A stretch of DNA of 64,000 nt from Klebsiella phage EI, in the sequence record MN106245.1; one strand, 5' to 3'. Under the pieces are notes generated by a model that saw only the letters and a program-made list of their open reading frames with translations, was not told the DNA's origin and did not search any database. The position numbers were made by a program, and so were the translations under genes. Position 1 is the first letter of the stretch, and each line of letters starts with the position of its first letter. This document shows positions 19,277 through 28,432 of the stretch, one piece after another.

Positions 19277-19663
19277 TTAATCTAATGAAAGCAAGTACTT
19301 AGTTTGATAGCAAAGAGCATTAATCTCATCAATGATGTTTTTAATGGCCCCAGGCATAGTTTCATAGATGCGTTCTGACTCACTTATGATGTGATCAAGC
19401 ATCTTTATTGCATCAGGCGGGAGATCTTTTTGAGCAGGAATAGCAGGAGAGTATTTCTTTCCAGAAAATCCTAACCAAGTTTCTCCAAAAGAATCTGTTA
19501 ACGCCGGAATGTTGCTAAAAAAGTTATCGTATGCTTTGTGTCGCGAGTAACTTTTGGTTTCAAAATGCGCCGAGTGAAAATATGACGCAGAAGCCATTAA
19601 AAGACCTAAGTAATTATCTGCCTCATTAGGTTTACCAGATGTTACAAACTCATTGAACTTCAT
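19277..19663 (-). CDS. hypothetical protein
   Basis: 128 aa ORF. Confidence 0.45.
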   Translation of the reverse strand: MKFNEFVTSGKPNEADNYLGLLMASASYFHSAHFETKSYSRHKAYDNFFSNIPALTDSFGETWLGFSGKKYSPAIPAQKDLPPDAIKMLDHIISESERIYETMPGAIKNIIDEINALCYQTKYLLSLD

Positions 19664-19931
19664 GGTCTAATGGTATCCTCATTTGGGATGCATACTGTAG
19701 TCCGGCGTTGATGCCGGTAACAGAGCATTCACTAGTACAATTTACAGTTGACCATTTGTTTTTAATAAAGCTATAGAACTGCTCTGACTCTTGTTTACTT
19801 GGTTTTTGGAACTGGGCGTAAACCTTTAAAGCGCCTTCGACGTATTGATTAAATCCTTCTGTTTCTGTTGCTACAACAGGAAGACTAATACAAACACCTA
19901 CGGCGAGACAAAGTGAGTGTTTAAAGGCCAT
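19650..19931 (-). CDS. rI: lysis-inhibition regulator rI-like membrane protein
   Basis: 93 aa, N-terminal signal-anchor, SEQFYSF motif and periplasmic Cys pair as in remembered T4 RI; synteny next to tk. Confidence 0.7.
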   Translation of the reverse strand: MAFKHSLCLAVGVCISLPVVATETEGFNQYVEGALKVYAQFQKPSKQESEQFYSFIKNKWSTVNCTSECSVTGINAGLQYASQMRIPLDHEVQ

Positions 19932-19939
19932 AAGGCCTC

Positions 19940-20158
19940 CTATTTTTGACCAGTATTACGTTTATGCTGTAAAACAGCCTTAACTGCATCGAGGTATCTT
20001 TCGTGAGAACGCATACGCTTATAGTCCGCTTCAGAATCAGTTTCTTTATAAGAAATACGAAGTGCTGAAATAATGTGCCCAACCTCAAGTCGAATTTCGT
20101 CTAATTGAGAAATGGTCAAATTACGGAGTTGCTTATGTGACAAATGCTTCATATACAC
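19940..20158 (-). CDS. hypothetical protein (rI.-1 position)
   Basis: 72 aa ORF. Confidence 0.4.
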   Translation of the reverse strand: MYMKHLSHKQLRNLTISQLDEIRLEVGHIISALRISYKETDSEADYKRMRSHERYLDAVKAVLQHKRNTGQK

Positions 20159-20310
20159 CTCTTGAGTTAGTTTACAAACGTATTTATCAGCTAAAAATTA
20201 ATTTGCATTTACATTTAGGTTCTTTATTTTTAAGACGCTTGGTAGCAGTCCTAGGCGCCTTATTATAATCATAGACGTGTAGACAACGATAGCACATCAC
20301 CCATTTCATA

Positions 20311-20892
20311 TTATTTTCCAGTCACTAATTCGAACCAATGTTTACGGCAAAGAGAAACATATCTGTCTTCACCACCTAATTCAATTTTATCACCTTCTAG
20401 TACAGCATTACCTTCTTCATCAATACGCGCTACCATTGTTGCTTTACGACCGCAATGACAAACACCTTTAAGTTCTACCAACTTATCGGCAACTGCTAAT
20501 AAAGTTTCTGATCCTTCAAATAGATTACCTTGGAAATCTGTACGAAGGCCGTAGGCCATCACAGGAACGTTGTATTGGTCTACAATTTTACACAGTTCTA
20601 TCACGTGGTGCCGAGTTAAGAACTGGGCTTCATCGACAAATACACAGTGGATGTCACGCTGCGTTTGGGCCCATTTAAAGAATTCGAATATATCCATATC
20701 AGGAGTAATGATATTCGCTTCCTGTCTAAGCCCGAGTCTAGATACAACTTCAGTAGATGAATCACGGCCATCAACGCCAGGCTTAAGAATCAATGTACCC
20801 ATACCACGTTCTTTGTAGTTATGAGCGGCCGTCAACAGGTTGGCGGACTTACCAGCGTTCATTGCTGCGTAGTTAAAGTACAATTGAGCCAT
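20311..20892 (-). CDS. tk: thymidine kinase
   Basis: 193 aa; MAQLYFNYAAMNAGKS P-loop, C-terminal zinc ligands CHCG..C..H. Confidence 0.92.
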   Translation of the reverse strand: MAQLYFNYAAMNAGKSANLLTAAHNYKERGMGTLILKPGVDGRDSSTEVVSRLGLRQEANIITPDMDIFEFFKWAQTQRDIHCVFVDEAQFLTRHHVIELCKIVDQYNVPVMAYGLRTDFQGNLFEGSETLLAVADKLVELKGVCHCGRKATMVARIDEEGNAVLEGDKIELGGEDRYVSLCRKHWFELVTGK

Positions 20893-21065
20893 TAGTTACC
20901 TCGAAGTTCTTCGATTTTATTTTCTATTTGCTGCCAAAGAGTTTCGTATTCTTCTTGAAGTTCTTTAATGTACCGACGGGATTTATTCCACTTATTTTCT
21001 TCAAAAGCGATATCAGACGCCAAAGAAGAATAAGATTGAATCATTTCTTTTAATTCACAGCCCAT
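20892..21065 (-). CDS. small ORF translationally coupled to tk
   Basis: 57 aa, below track threshold; TAATG overlap with tk start. Confidence 0.3.
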   Translation of the reverse strand: MGCELKEMIQSYSSLASDIAFEENKWNKSRRYIKELQEEYETLWQQIENKIEELRGN

Positions 21066-21231
21066 TAATAAAATCCTTCAAAGCGTTCCAGGCATTAGCG
21101 TGGTCAAGACCTTCATCGTCGCAGTCCCAACCACCATCTGCTAGCCAGGTATAAGCATAATGAGCACCAACGTACTCATCGATTAAACGAAACATCTCGG
21201 CCTTTTGTTCAGTAGTCACCTTCGATGCCAT
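21055..21231 (-). CDS. small acidic ORF
   Basis: 58 aa, below track threshold, ATG start. Confidence 0.25.
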   Translation of the reverse strand: MASKVTTEQKAEMFRLIDEYVGAHYAYTWLADGGWDCDDEGLDHANAWNALKDFINGL

Positions 21232-21409
21232 CCATACTTAAAACTTGTAGACGTTGTTTATCTAAAGCTATAATAGATTGGATATATGCATCATCTGTAC
21301 CGATGATAGAAGCAGTACCAACCTTTTTAGCTAAACGGATTAGTTCATCGATGTTTTCGATGATATACTCTTTTTCTTCTTCAGACATATTCATTATGAA
21401 CCGTCCCAA
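21209..21409 (-). CDS. hypothetical small protein
   Basis: 66 aa ORF. Confidence 0.35.
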   Translation of the reverse strand: MGRFIMNMSEEEKEYIIENIDELIRLAKKVGTASIIGTDDAYIQSIIALDKQRLQVLSMDGIEGDY

Positions 21410-21858
21410 TCTACTACAATAATGTTAGTATGGTCGGTGAACATATTAATGATTGTTTCGATTTTAGCCCAATCACCACCAGCTATACCGGCTCCAATCC
21501 GAGGAATATAAACTGTTAGAGGAGTGATTTGATTTTCAGATATCATATCAAGACGTCTGAAGGCGTTCAACAAGGCCCCGTAATCTAGATTCCGACCAGG
21601 ATTATATTGGGTATATAAATTGAAGCAATACGCCTTTCCTTCAGGCTGGCTATTTGCTGCTATAGTAATAAGGCCGAGTTTTTCTCGGTCGCCAAGCTCA
21701 GTTTCACGGATATCTGCTTCTAATACTTGTGGAAAGGCTTTAGCAAGCTGACCAGCTATACCAGCGCCCATTTGGTGATGGCAATTACAGCCATGCGCGA
21801 TATGATGCCCGGTTTTAAACAGTTCTACGATATTGCCGGAGATGTATTGGGTTATCAT
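21394..21858 (-). CDS. macro-domain protein (ADP-ribose binding/processing)
   Basis: 154 aa; AHGCNCHHQMGAGIAGQL and IGAGIAGGDW glycine-rich motifs typical of macro domains. Confidence 0.55.
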   Translation of the reverse strand: MITQYISGNIVELFKTGHHIAHGCNCHHQMGAGIAGQLAKAFPQVLEADIRETELGDREKLGLITIAANSQPEGKAYCFNLYTQYNPGRNLDYGALLNAFRRLDMISENQITPLTVYIPRIGAGIAGGDWAKIETIINMFTDHTNIIVVDWDGS

Positions 21859-22205
21859 TTAGAGTTTAAACCTCTATTGTATGAGTCGACTAAACGGTCG
21901 ACCATAGATTCGCATATTTCTTTATACTTGACATCAGATGGAATACATTCTGTTGTAAGCAGCCTATTTTCATAACGATCCGAAAGTGAATTTTCACGGA
22001 ATCGAGATCTCGAGTCCATCTGACCGTCTTTAAAAGCCATAATAACTTGGTTAGAGAACTCTGTTATGCATTGAACGTTTTTTGGCGAACAGTAGTCTTT
22101 AGCGGTCCTGTGTGCGTATTCGAGGATGCTGGATTTATCGGTACTCTGTGCCGCATTAACTCCCAAACATAAAAATAATCCAAGGGCTAAAGATAATTTT
22201 TTCAT
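21855..22205 (-). CDS. secreted or lipoprotein-like small protein
   Basis: 116 aa with N-terminal signal peptide. Confidence 0.4.
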   Translation of the reverse strand: MKKLSLALGLFLCLGVNAAQSTDKSSILEYAHRTAKDYCSPKNVQCITEFSNQVIMAFKDGQMDSRSRFRENSLSDRYENRLLTTECIPSDVKYKEICESMVDRLVDSYNRGLNSK

Positions 22206-22207
22206 AT

Positions 22208-22747
22208 CTATCCACTAATTAAAATTTCATGCGATTTAAGATAATTCGCCTTTTCTATAACTTGGGAGGCGTATTTATTACCTGCCTTTACGTTCCACCC
22301 CGCATTATAACTAGAGATAGCTTTACGAATATCTCCGTTATGTATATTTAACCAATAACTCAGTTCAATATACGCCCAGCGGGCCGAATGCTTACGATCT
22401 GATAGCATTCTTTTGATTTCTGTATCAGAAAGATTCCAGTTATTTTGTGCAGCCCTATTGCGAACTGTAGGCAAGTAATTTTGAAACACTCCATAAGCGT
22501 GGTGTTTCTTTTTATTCTTACTGGTGTTAATGCCTGCACTTGACTCTTGCCAAGCTATCGCGGCCATAATGTAGCCAAGTCCTTTCTTATCACGAGTCTC
22601 GTGAGTTTTATACTTACCGTCCTTAGTGAATTGTTCCCCGAATTGATATGCGTATTGCAAATTATCGAGTTGGACACTACTGAAGTGGTGCTCAGCACTA
22701 AAAACAGATGCAGAAAGCATCGTAAGTGCCAGGATCGCTTTTTTCAT
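22208..22747 (-). CDS. lytic transglycosylase (SLT-domain) protein with signal peptide
   Basis: 179 aa; AWQESS catalytic-Glu motif, GVFQ, SYNAGW motif. Confidence 0.55.
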   Translation of the reverse strand: MKKAILALTMLSASVFSAEHHFSSVQLDNLQYAYQFGEQFTKDGKYKTHETRDKKGLGYIMAAIAWQESSAGINTSKNKKKHHAYGVFQNYLPTVRNRAAQNNWNLSDTEIKRMLSDRKHSARWAYIELSYWLNIHNGDIRKAISSYNAGWNVKAGNKYASQVIEKANYLKSHEILISG

Positions 22748-22756
22748 GTTTTCCTC

Positions 22757-23215
22757 TTAGAGATTAATAACGTATGTGCTGATCTTACCTTTTAAACGTT
22801 TATTGTTAACAAAAGCCATTCGGCATTTCAATGAATACCAACGACCTGGAATATGGTTATCCACAGTCATACCCAGCCATAAGGTGCCATCAGTGACTTC
22901 AAGTCTCTGAGGACGATACACCACATCAGGATCGATATCAGCAGTATCTATAGGCAGAGGTGGTAATTTCAAGAATTCTGAGATCTCTTCGACATGAAGA
23001 TGAATCTTTTTGAAGAGGGCGAATACATACTCTTCATCGATATCGCGTTGGATAGCACGGTCCAACAGATGATTAGAGTATTTAATAAAGAAAGGTTGAA
23101 TTCCAGCCTTGATAGCGGCAGACTTCACAGAAGAATTGATATCTCTGAAAGTAGTTTCAAAGACACGACGGAGCTTATTGCGGCGGATGAAAACGCTTGG
23201 ATCGATGTTAGTCAT
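22757..23215 (-). CDS. regB: RegB endoribonuclease
   Basis: 152 aa; FIRRNKLRR...HLLDRAIQR.IDE.YVF collinear with remembered T4 RegB. Confidence 0.88.
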   Translation of the reverse strand: MTNIDPSVFIRRNKLRRVFETTFRDINSSVKSAAIKAGIQPFFIKYSNHLLDRAIQRDIDEEYVFALFKKIHLHVEEISEFLKLPPLPIDTADIDPDVVYRPQRLEVTDGTLWLGMTVDNHIPGRWYSLKCRMAFVNNKRLKGKISTYVINL

Positions 23216-23237
23216 TTTAATTTCCTCTCATTTTGGT

Positions 23238-23275
23238 GTAGAAGTACTATACCATACTCCTACACACTTGTAAAC
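23238..23275 (-). promoter_or_regulatory. early-promoter-like module
   Basis: ggtgtagaagtactataccatactcctacacacttgtaaac. Confidence 0.45.
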
Positions 23276-23571
23276 TAGTACTTTTCTTCAGGCCGGAACA
23301 CTGCTCGGCAGGCCCACATAGAAGCTTCTTTAAGACGGTCTTTAGCGAGCACTATAGCACTTAATGCCTGAACATCAGAATTAAAATCTTCATCGCTTTG
23401 ACCTGGGACATGTTCACGCAGTTCGTCTTCGATGGCTGAGAAGATCAGTCCAAGACGGACTTCAGCATCTTTGATGGCATTAACACGGTTAATCTTTTCG
23501 GCGGTGTGCGGTTTGTAACCTTTGATATCTTCAACGGCCATAAGGAATTTCCTCATCTGTTTCTTTGTCAT
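23275..23571 (-). CDS. hypothetical protein
   Basis: 98 aa ORF. Confidence 0.4.
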   Translation of the reverse strand: MTKKQMRKFLMAVEDIKGYKPHTAEKINRVNAIKDAEVRLGLIFSAIEDELREHVPGQSDEDFNSDVQALSAIVLAKDRLKEASMWACRAVFRPEEKY

Positions 23572-23848
23572 ATTCGACTAGCTCGATTTCTGACGAGTAG
23601 CCACGAGTGCCAAGGTATGAAGTTGCTTCTTCATACTTCATGGTTTCTGGGTTCCAGTCGTCGGCCCAGGCTTCCATCAGCCCTTGCTCACCACTGTTAC
23701 TGAACCAATCACAAAAGGCTTTAATAGCCTTATCTGAACCTTTAATAATAACCTGGGCCATGTTAACCACCGGTTGTGTAGCGGATAGAAATGTCCAACT
23801 TGATAGGCTTTTTAAACAATTCGATAGCTCGAATAAGTTTACGATCAT
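23531..23848 (-). CDS. hypothetical protein
   Basis: 105 aa ORF. Confidence 0.4.
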   Translation of the reverse strand: MIVNLFELSNCLKSLSSWTFLSATQPVVNMAQVIIKGSDKAIKAFCDWFSNSGEQGLMEAWADDWNPETMKYEEATSYLGTRGYSSEIELVEYDKETDEEIPYGR

Positions 23849-23999
23849 AACAAATCAGACTACGAGATACTAGACCACAAAGTGGCCCAGTAACAAATAT
23901 GATTTCAATATCTGGCTTAGAATTCAGCTCTTCAATAGTCGCTTCTGTCTGAATAACAGACCGTTCAAAAGGACCATCCATAAACATATAACGCGTCAT
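23763..23999 (-). CDS. hypothetical protein
   Basis: 78 aa ORF, partially overlaps previous in another frame. Confidence 0.3.
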   Translation of the reverse strand: MTRYMFMDGPFERSVIQTEATIEELNSKPDIEIIFVTGPLCGLVSRSLICYDRKLIRAIELFKKPIKLDISIRYTTGG

Positions 24000-24514
24000 T
24001 ACTGAATCCCCAAAACGAAAAATAAAGGTAACTTAGGCTTATTTACAGAGTAGCAAACAGAAAGGTCGTCCCAAGCTTCGTAGAACTTATACATCTCTGG
24101 AATACGAATAGGTTCTTCAATTATAAAGAGTGTCCTCTTAAGCGAAATGCCTCGGAATTTATCTTTTCCACTGAGGAAACTGCGCACAGTATCATGCATC
24201 AGTACGCCATTTTCTTTATCAATATTTTCTAAAACTTTCCAGCGGCGTTTAATACGGTCGCAAGTATCTCGAGCGTATTCGCTTTTGTTTGCAATGACTA
24301 CAACAGAATTGCCTTCTGAAAGCCAGTCTGCAGCGAATTGAGAGACTGCTTCAGTTTTGCCGGTTTGACGGCCGCCATCAAGACGTAGTGTTCCATATTC
24401 TTGAAGCATAGCAATAGGGTATTGCCACGAATTTTCTGGGTTATCTAAACGACTGATTGCGTGGTCTGTGAAAGCATGCATCAGAGATAGATATTGAGCT
24501 GTTAAGTATTTCAT
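23999..24514 (-). CDS. small P-loop protein
   Basis: 171 aa; Walker A-like GGRQTGKT. Confidence 0.45.
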   Translation of the reverse strand: MKYLTAQYLSLMHAFTDHAISRLDNPENSWQYPIAMLQEYGTLRLDGGRQTGKTEAVSQFAADWLSEGNSVVVIANKSEYARDTCDRIKRRWKVLENIDKENGVLMHDTVRSFLSGKDKFRGISLKRTLFIIEEPIRIPEMYKFYEAWDDLSVCYSVNKPKLPLFFVLGIQ

Positions 24515-24587
24515 GATAGTTCTCAGTTAGTAGGGCCGTTCCTTGGCACGTGGTAGTCCTTGGCAAAGGGAATTCTCTACACTAAAC

Positions 24588-24941
24588 TTATAGAGAACCG
24601 CGACCTTTAATTGTATTCATTCGACCTTTAGCTTGAAGTTCAGCATCATCTAATTCGAATGCACCCATAACACCCCAAGCCTTTTTAATTTTAGCCAAAG
24701 AGCCTTTAGATACAACGATATTAAAAGTGTTGCCTTTAGTAAAATCAACGAAATCTACTTCTACACCCTGTTTAGTGATGCTTGACACAATAGCATCGAC
24801 GTAGTCTTTGTCTAAATTTCCTTGAGCAGCAATTTGAAAAACCTTTGGGGCTTTTGCTTCAGTGATAAATTCTTTATAAGTTTTCATTTTATATCCTAGG
24901 ATGGTAAGATTTAAATTAAATGGGGCCATTCCTTGGCACAT
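24588..24941 (-). CDS. internal head protein (capsid-targeting leader [11 protein letters not shown])
   Basis: 117 aa; conserved T4-type CTS at N-terminus. Confidence 0.7.
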   Translation of the reverse strand: MCQGMAPFNLNLTILGYKMKTYKEFITEAKAPKVFQIAAQGNLDKDYVDAIVSSITKQGVEVDFVDFTKGNTFNIVVSKGSLAKIKKAWGVMGAFELDDAELQAKGRMNTIKGRGSL

Positions 24942-25078
24942 GTTTAATCCATCGACACACTATGTAAACCCCTTACCGCACTTGCGCTCGACCTTATTAC
25001 AGGTAGGGAAAGCTACTTCACTCAGAGGACTCGACGTTCATGAGGAGAGGTCGTGTTCAGCTTTATTAGGAATTAGTT

Positions 25079-25651
25079 TTAATTACGGGCTGCATTAGCA
25101 ACGGCGTAAGCGTACTGAATATTAGCGTCTTTAAACGTACCTTTAGTGGTATCTAGATCTGCCTTAAACCCGCCTTTAGCCATAACCTCGGCGAATTCTT
25201 TACGGAAAGCCATTGCATCAAGACCTTTCCATGCTGATTTGTGTTTGGCGAATTCAAGACCGGCAAAGTTGACGGCCTTAGCCAATTTATTGTCAATAAC
25301 CCATTTACCAGCTTTAGGCACAAACACCGGGCCTTTCTGTTTGGAGAACAATTTTAAATTCCAGCGGCGAAGGTCTGCATCGGCTTTAACAAAAGCTGAG
25401 TCCAAGTTACTAGCAACAACATCTTGAATATGGGCAAATTTAAGTCCGCCAGCTTCAATATTTAGATCGTTACGCCAGCGAAGTCCTTCCCAAGCGAAGC
25501 TTTTAAAGTCAGAAGCCTTTGTAGCTAAATATCGTTCAATAGGAGCTGTTTTAGGGTCAAAGCCGTTTCCTCGGTAGGTCCACTCATCTTTATTAATGCC
25601 ATTGACCTTTCCTGCAGAAGCTTCAGTGATAAATTCTTTATATGTTTTCAT
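25079..25651 (-). CDS. internal head protein (CTS paralog, about 190 aa)
   Basis: [12 protein letters not shown] leader; ORF extends to 25687 but Met of leader is likely start. Confidence 0.7.
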   Translation of the reverse strand: MKTYKEFITEASAGKVNGINKDEWTYRGNGFDPKTAPIERYLATKASDFKSFAWEGLRWRNDLNIEAGGLKFAHIQDVVASNLDSAFVKADADLRRWNLKLFSKQKGPVFVPKAGKWVIDNKLAKAVNFAGLEFAKHKSAWKGLDAMAFRKEFAEVMAKGGFKADLDTTKGTFKDANIQYAYAVANAARN

Positions 25652-25695
25652 TTTATATCCTTTAAGTTGATAGAAGCATTCTATCAAAGCTTATC

Positions 25696-26103
25696 TTAGT
25701 TGTAAATAGCCTTACCATAATGTTTATACCACTGAGGCCTTTGTGCAATTTTTTCATCCAAACGAGCCTGACTTAAAGCGATGTCAGCTTCAGATGGAGT
25801 AAAATCATTCATTAAACATAGCGGGATATCCGATACGTCAACATGGGTATTTTGAATCTGGAACCCGCGCTTTAAAAGTTCCTCAATAATAGCATTTTGC
25901 CGCAAGAACAAAAAGCCAATTTTATCGTAGAAGAACTTAACATGACCTGCGCCGAGGCGGAAGTCTTTAGGAATATCGCTGAAGCCTTGTCCTTTAGCCA
26001 AACGATCACGAACAGCACCGAAAATGCGTGGCAGTTCACGATACTCAGCCATCAGGTGTTGATCAGCGAGTTCAGAAACAAGAGTTAAGTTAATACGTGT
26101 CAT
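25696..26103 (-). CDS. denV: endonuclease V, pyrimidine-dimer DNA glycosylase
   Basis: [26 protein letters not shown]... collinear with remembered T4 endo V. Confidence 0.93.
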   Translation of the reverse strand: MTRINLTLVSELADQHLMAEYRELPRIFGAVRDRLAKGQGFSDIPKDFRLGAGHVKFFYDKIGFLFLRQNAIIEELLKRGFQIQNTHVDVSDIPLCLMNDFTPSEADIALSQARLDEKIAQRPQWYKHYGKAIYN

Positions 26104-26161
26104 AGTAGCCTCCATTAAGTTTGTAAGGCTACTATATCACAGCTATCGTAAAAGTAAATTG

Positions 26162-26464
26162 TTATTTACCTTTAATTGCTTTAGCTGCTTCGATAGCCGC
26201 TTGCTGAAGGTCATCCATAGACATACCGAACTTAGAAGCAAAGTTATCAATTTTCTTTTCGACAGAATTCAAAGGCTTGGCCTGTTTACCTTCATTAGCG
26301 CCAGGGAGAGCGAGAATACGCTCTTTGTCAATATAAAGGCTTACAAGTTTCTTACGGTCTTTATCGGGCAAATCATTAAATGAATGGGCCTTTTTATTTA
26401 CGGCGGCTTCTAATTTACCCGCACTTACTCGCGCTTCGGCGATAAATTCTTTATAGGTTTTCAT
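26162..26464 (-). CDS. internal head protein (CTS paralog, IPIII-like leader [13 protein letters not shown])
   Basis: 100 aa, CTS. Confidence 0.7.
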   Translation of the reverse strand: MKTYKEFIAEARVSAGKLEAAVNKKAHSFNDLPDKDRKKLVSLYIDKERILALPGANEGKQAKPLNSVEKKIDNFASKFGMSMDDLQQAAIEAAKAIKGK

Positions 26465-26945
26465 ATGCTTTCCAAGTTCCTGTTTTAAATGTCGAAATAA
26501 CCCGTTTAGCTCTGTTAGGAGTCTGATTATACCACCTAGATTTGGCTAAATTAATTGCTGCATCGTCCCAACGTTTCTCTTTAAGCATACGCAAAGAATT
26601 GGTGAACCCTGCGACGCCAGTAACGCCCATTTGGAAGACCATATTAATTAATGCCGCTTTACGTACAGCATCAAGAGATTCATATACAGGCTTCAGAACT
26701 GGGTTGCCTAAGATACCACGGGTGGCTTTGTCTACTGAATTCAAGAACAATTTCTCTGCTTCAGCACGAGTGATAACGCCATTACACTTACGGCCAATTA
26801 GTTTATCAAGCTCAGCTTTAGCAACATTAATATCAGGGCTCTTGGTTAAGAGCTGGCCAATACCGATTGTGTAATAACCTTCAGTGTCTTTATAAATTTT
26901 GTTGTCGTATCCTTCATCGATACGAAGCATGTCAAAAATGTCCAT
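26451..26945 (-). CDS. e: lysozyme (endolysin) e
   Basis: 164 aa; about 75 percent collinear with remembered T4 lysozyme ([25 protein letters not shown]). Confidence 0.95.
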   Translation of the reverse strand: MDIFDMLRIDEGYDNKIYKDTEGYYTIGIGQLLTKSPDINVAKAELDKLIGRKCNGVITRAEAEKLFLNSVDKATRGILGNPVLKPVYESLDAVRKAALINMVFQMGVTGVAGFTNSLRMLKEKRWDDAAINLAKSRWYNQTPNRAKRVISTFKTGTWKAYENL

Positions 26946-26977
26946 ATGGACCTCCTATCTATTGATAGGAGTATTTA

Positions 26978-27424
26978 TCATGCTACATTAGGATACAACT
27001 TCTGCATAATACGGTAAAGAGACAGCCCCATTACATGTTTCCACATCTCAGGTTTAATGCATGCGAATGCATCCATTTCAGGAATAGAAGACCCATCTTC
27101 AAACGTGTGATAAGCGGTGCATTTGCAATTCCTGAAGCTCTCGATGTCCACGAAGCGCATATAACTAAACAGATGAATATTCTTATTCCGAGCGTACTCG
27201 TGCTCGCCTAGGTCATACAGGGCTTCAGGATTAAAGTCTGTGAATCCAGTTTCTTCTTGGCATTCACGGATTGCTGCTTCTTTAGGAGATTCGCCCGGTT
27301 CTACGTGACCTTTAGGAATGTCCCATCGAGAACTTCCGTCTTTACGCTTAATGCCGGTCATACGAGCCATGAACAGACGATGGTCTTTAGTAAAGAACAT
27401 AATCCCGGCGCTTAATTCTTTCAT
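26978..27424 (-). CDS. nudE: Nudix hydrolase
   Basis: 148 aa; Nudix box GHVEPGESPKEAAIRECQEETG. Confidence 0.85.
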   Translation of the reverse strand: MKELSAGIMFFTKDHRLFMARMTGIKRKDGSSRWDIPKGHVEPGESPKEAAIRECQEETGFTDFNPEALYDLGEHEYARNKNIHLFSYMRFVDIESFRNCKCTAYHTFEDGSSIPEMDAFACIKPEMWKHVMGLSLYRIMQKLYPNVA

Positions 27425-27723
27425 TCAAAATAATCCTTCACGTTAAATTCGCCATCATAAAGGCCGTAGTGAATAGCCTTCAGCACATCATACATATCAT
27501 AGTACTTTTCACGTTTCAGAGTACCATAATACTTTTCTTTAATGGTATCCCATTCACCGAGTTTACCACTTGCTAATTGGCCAGGTTGAATGCCGAGTTC
27601 AATGAACTTCAGAATTTTAATCCCGACTTCCTGGTGAGAAGGAGGAACCCATCCCCAGTTAAAGTAGATTCGACCTGTTTCCTGGCCATCTTTAAATGAA
27701 ATCAAATAAGTTGGAGCACTCAT
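27421..27723 (-). CDS. hypothetical protein
   Basis: 100 aa ORF. Confidence 0.4.
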   Translation of the reverse strand: MSAPTYLISFKDGQETGRIYFNWGWVPPSHQEVGIKILKFIELGIQPGQLASGKLGEWDTIKEKYYGTLKREKYYDMYDVLKAIHYGLYDGEFNVKDYFE

Positions 27724-28019
27724 TTTCTACACCCTTTGACCCAGTTCATAAAGTTACGTTCTTCAATATATTTCTTGTATTTTTTCGAGTACAACTTATC
27801 AAGAACAACCGTGAAAATGTATGCAAGAATAGCAGCGGCTAACGGGAACCCTAAGATACTTACCGCTGTAACAAATACCCATACAAGAGGAATCGGACTA
27901 AACAGGCCGTATATGCCTAAGGCTCCTAAGTTAATAAAAATAAGAGCAAAGCCAATCTTAAATCCTGCCTCGTCATCATCAATCCAAGTACGTGGACGGC
28001 GACTACTCATAGTATTCAT
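27720..28019 (-). CDS. membrane protein
   Basis: 99 aa, two TM helices. Confidence 0.4.
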   Translation of the reverse strand: MNTMSSRRPRTWIDDDEAGFKIGFALIFINLGALGIYGLFSPIPLVWVFVTAVSILGFPLAAAILAYIFTVVLDKLYSKKYKKYIEERNFMNWVKGCRK

Positions 28020-28432
28020 TTTCTACATCCTTTAATCCAGTTAGCAAACTCGGCTTCTTTAGCTTGTTCAAGCTTAAGTTTGTCGTGCTTGGTTTTTCTG
28101 AACCCAGCGATGGTTCCAGCAATACCACATCCTATAGCGCCACCAATCAACAACCCACTAAGAGTACCCATAACACTCACTAAAACAGAAAGCAAAACCA
28201 GTTCCAGTGCTGTAAAAACAGTCCAATTACAATAGAGAAATAAAGATACACTTAAAAACGGTCCGATAAAACTACCTACTTTAGAGCAATTATCTACAAA
28301 GGTATGAGGATATTCTACGCTGTATTCTTTATATTCGGCCATTTCTTTCAAGACTCCAGTCATTCTCGGGTCAATATGACGGACGCCAATAGCGTCCTTA
28401 TCATACTCGTTACGATAGATTGTCATTACCAA
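28016..28432 (-). CDS. membrane protein
   Basis: 138 aa, several TM helices. Confidence 0.4.
   Translation of the reverse strand: MVMTIYRNEYDKDAIGVRHIDPRMTGVLKEMAEYKEYSVEYPHTFVDNCSKVGSFIGPFLSVSLFLYCNWTVFTALELVLLSVLVSVMGTLSGLLIGGAIGCGIAGTIAGFRKTKHDKLKLEQAKEAEFANWIKGCRK

Noticed and set aside
26105-26160. Possible early-promoter module upstream of denV
   Set aside because: It has a TA-rich box but no clear GTTTAC, since gtaaaagtaaat is not GTAAAC. It is too degenerate to call.
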